DNA of 62,914 bases, the filler included, from Octopus bimaculoides (taxonomy: Eukaryota): NCBI RefSeq assembly GCF_001194135.2. It is 5 parts of 5 records of this genome, joined end to end, with 100 filler letters (N's around TTAATTAATTAA, not from the genome) between each part and the next. Parts side by side here need not be neighbours in the genome. Positions count along the whole stretch, not along the records: positions 59,076 to 62,914 come from NW_026350247.1; 4 more parts are not named here. The stretch is one strand, 5' to 3'. This document shows, in pieces, positions 62,401 through 62,914 of the stretch. Made by a program: the position numbers and the translations under genes. The notes beneath the pieces were generated by a model, which did no database searches, had not been told where the DNA came from, and saw only the letters and a program-made list of their open reading frames with translations. Position 1 is the stretch's first letter. Each line of letters starts with the position of its first letter.

Positions 62401-62547
62401 AGAAACACTCATATTCTCTCTCTCTCTCTCTTTCTCCCCCCCACGCCCATTATATACATATGTGTGTGTGTGTATGTGTGTGTGGGTCATATATACACAT
62501 ACATGTATTTACATATATATATATAGGCAAATCGAAAATTAAAAATA

Positions 62548-62548
62548 G

Positions 62549-62587
<39 letters not shown>

Positions 62588-62588
62588 C

Positions 62589-62643
<55 letters not shown>
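62548..62643. repeat. (TATC)n microsatellite
   Basis: direct reading. Confidence 0.95.
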
Positions 62644-62769
62644 AGTTTAACCATATACGTACGTATGTATGCATGTATGTATGTAATGTGTGTGTGTGCG
62701 CAGGTGTGAATGTGATTGTGTGTGTATGTGTGTTTGTATGTGCGTGTACATATATATATATTAAATATC

Positions 62770-62914
62770 CTTTCTGGTCTAGGTACAAGGCCTGAAATTT
62801 GGGGGAGGGGATAGTCGATTACATCGAGTCCAGTACAAAACTGGTATTTATTTTATCGACCCGAAAAGGATGAACGGTAAAGTCGACCTCGGCGGAATTT
62901 GAACTCAGAACGTA
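62770..62914 (-). mobile_element. SINE family A (runs off the window end)
   Basis: tacaaggcctgaaatttgggggaggggatagtcgattacatcga..gtcgacctcggcggaatttgaactcagaacg. Confidence 0.92.

Overview
Eukaryotic, AT-rich, gap-riddled (many N runs) intergenic or intronic DNA packed with microsatellites and retroelement debris. The SINE families and repeat landscape look like a coleoid cephalopod, probably Octopus; this is inferred from sequence recognition, not a database hit. I cannot identify any host protein-coding gene, and nearly all ORF-track entries are microsatellite or gap artefacts. There is no CRISPR array or rRNA. Supported content: about 35 copies of 4-5 tRNA-headed SINE families; decayed LINEs (HERO/NeSL-like, R4/Dong-like, CR1/L2-like, L1/Tx1-like); Penelope-like RT and EN-side fragments; mariner and maT/Tc1-type transposase relics; a hAT-like MITE; and a U6 snRNA pseudogene. 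The most interesting observations are a minimal type I hammerhead ribozyme fold (13143-13201), an L1/Tx1 copy with twin-priming 5'-inversion geometry (about 8330-10494), a U6 retrocopy fused to a microsatellite tail, inverted SINE pairs that could be ADAR substrates, a strong 27-nt microexon candidate, and a CRE/ETS/CRE promoter-like cluster next to a strong splice donor. Boundaries of decayed elements are approximate.
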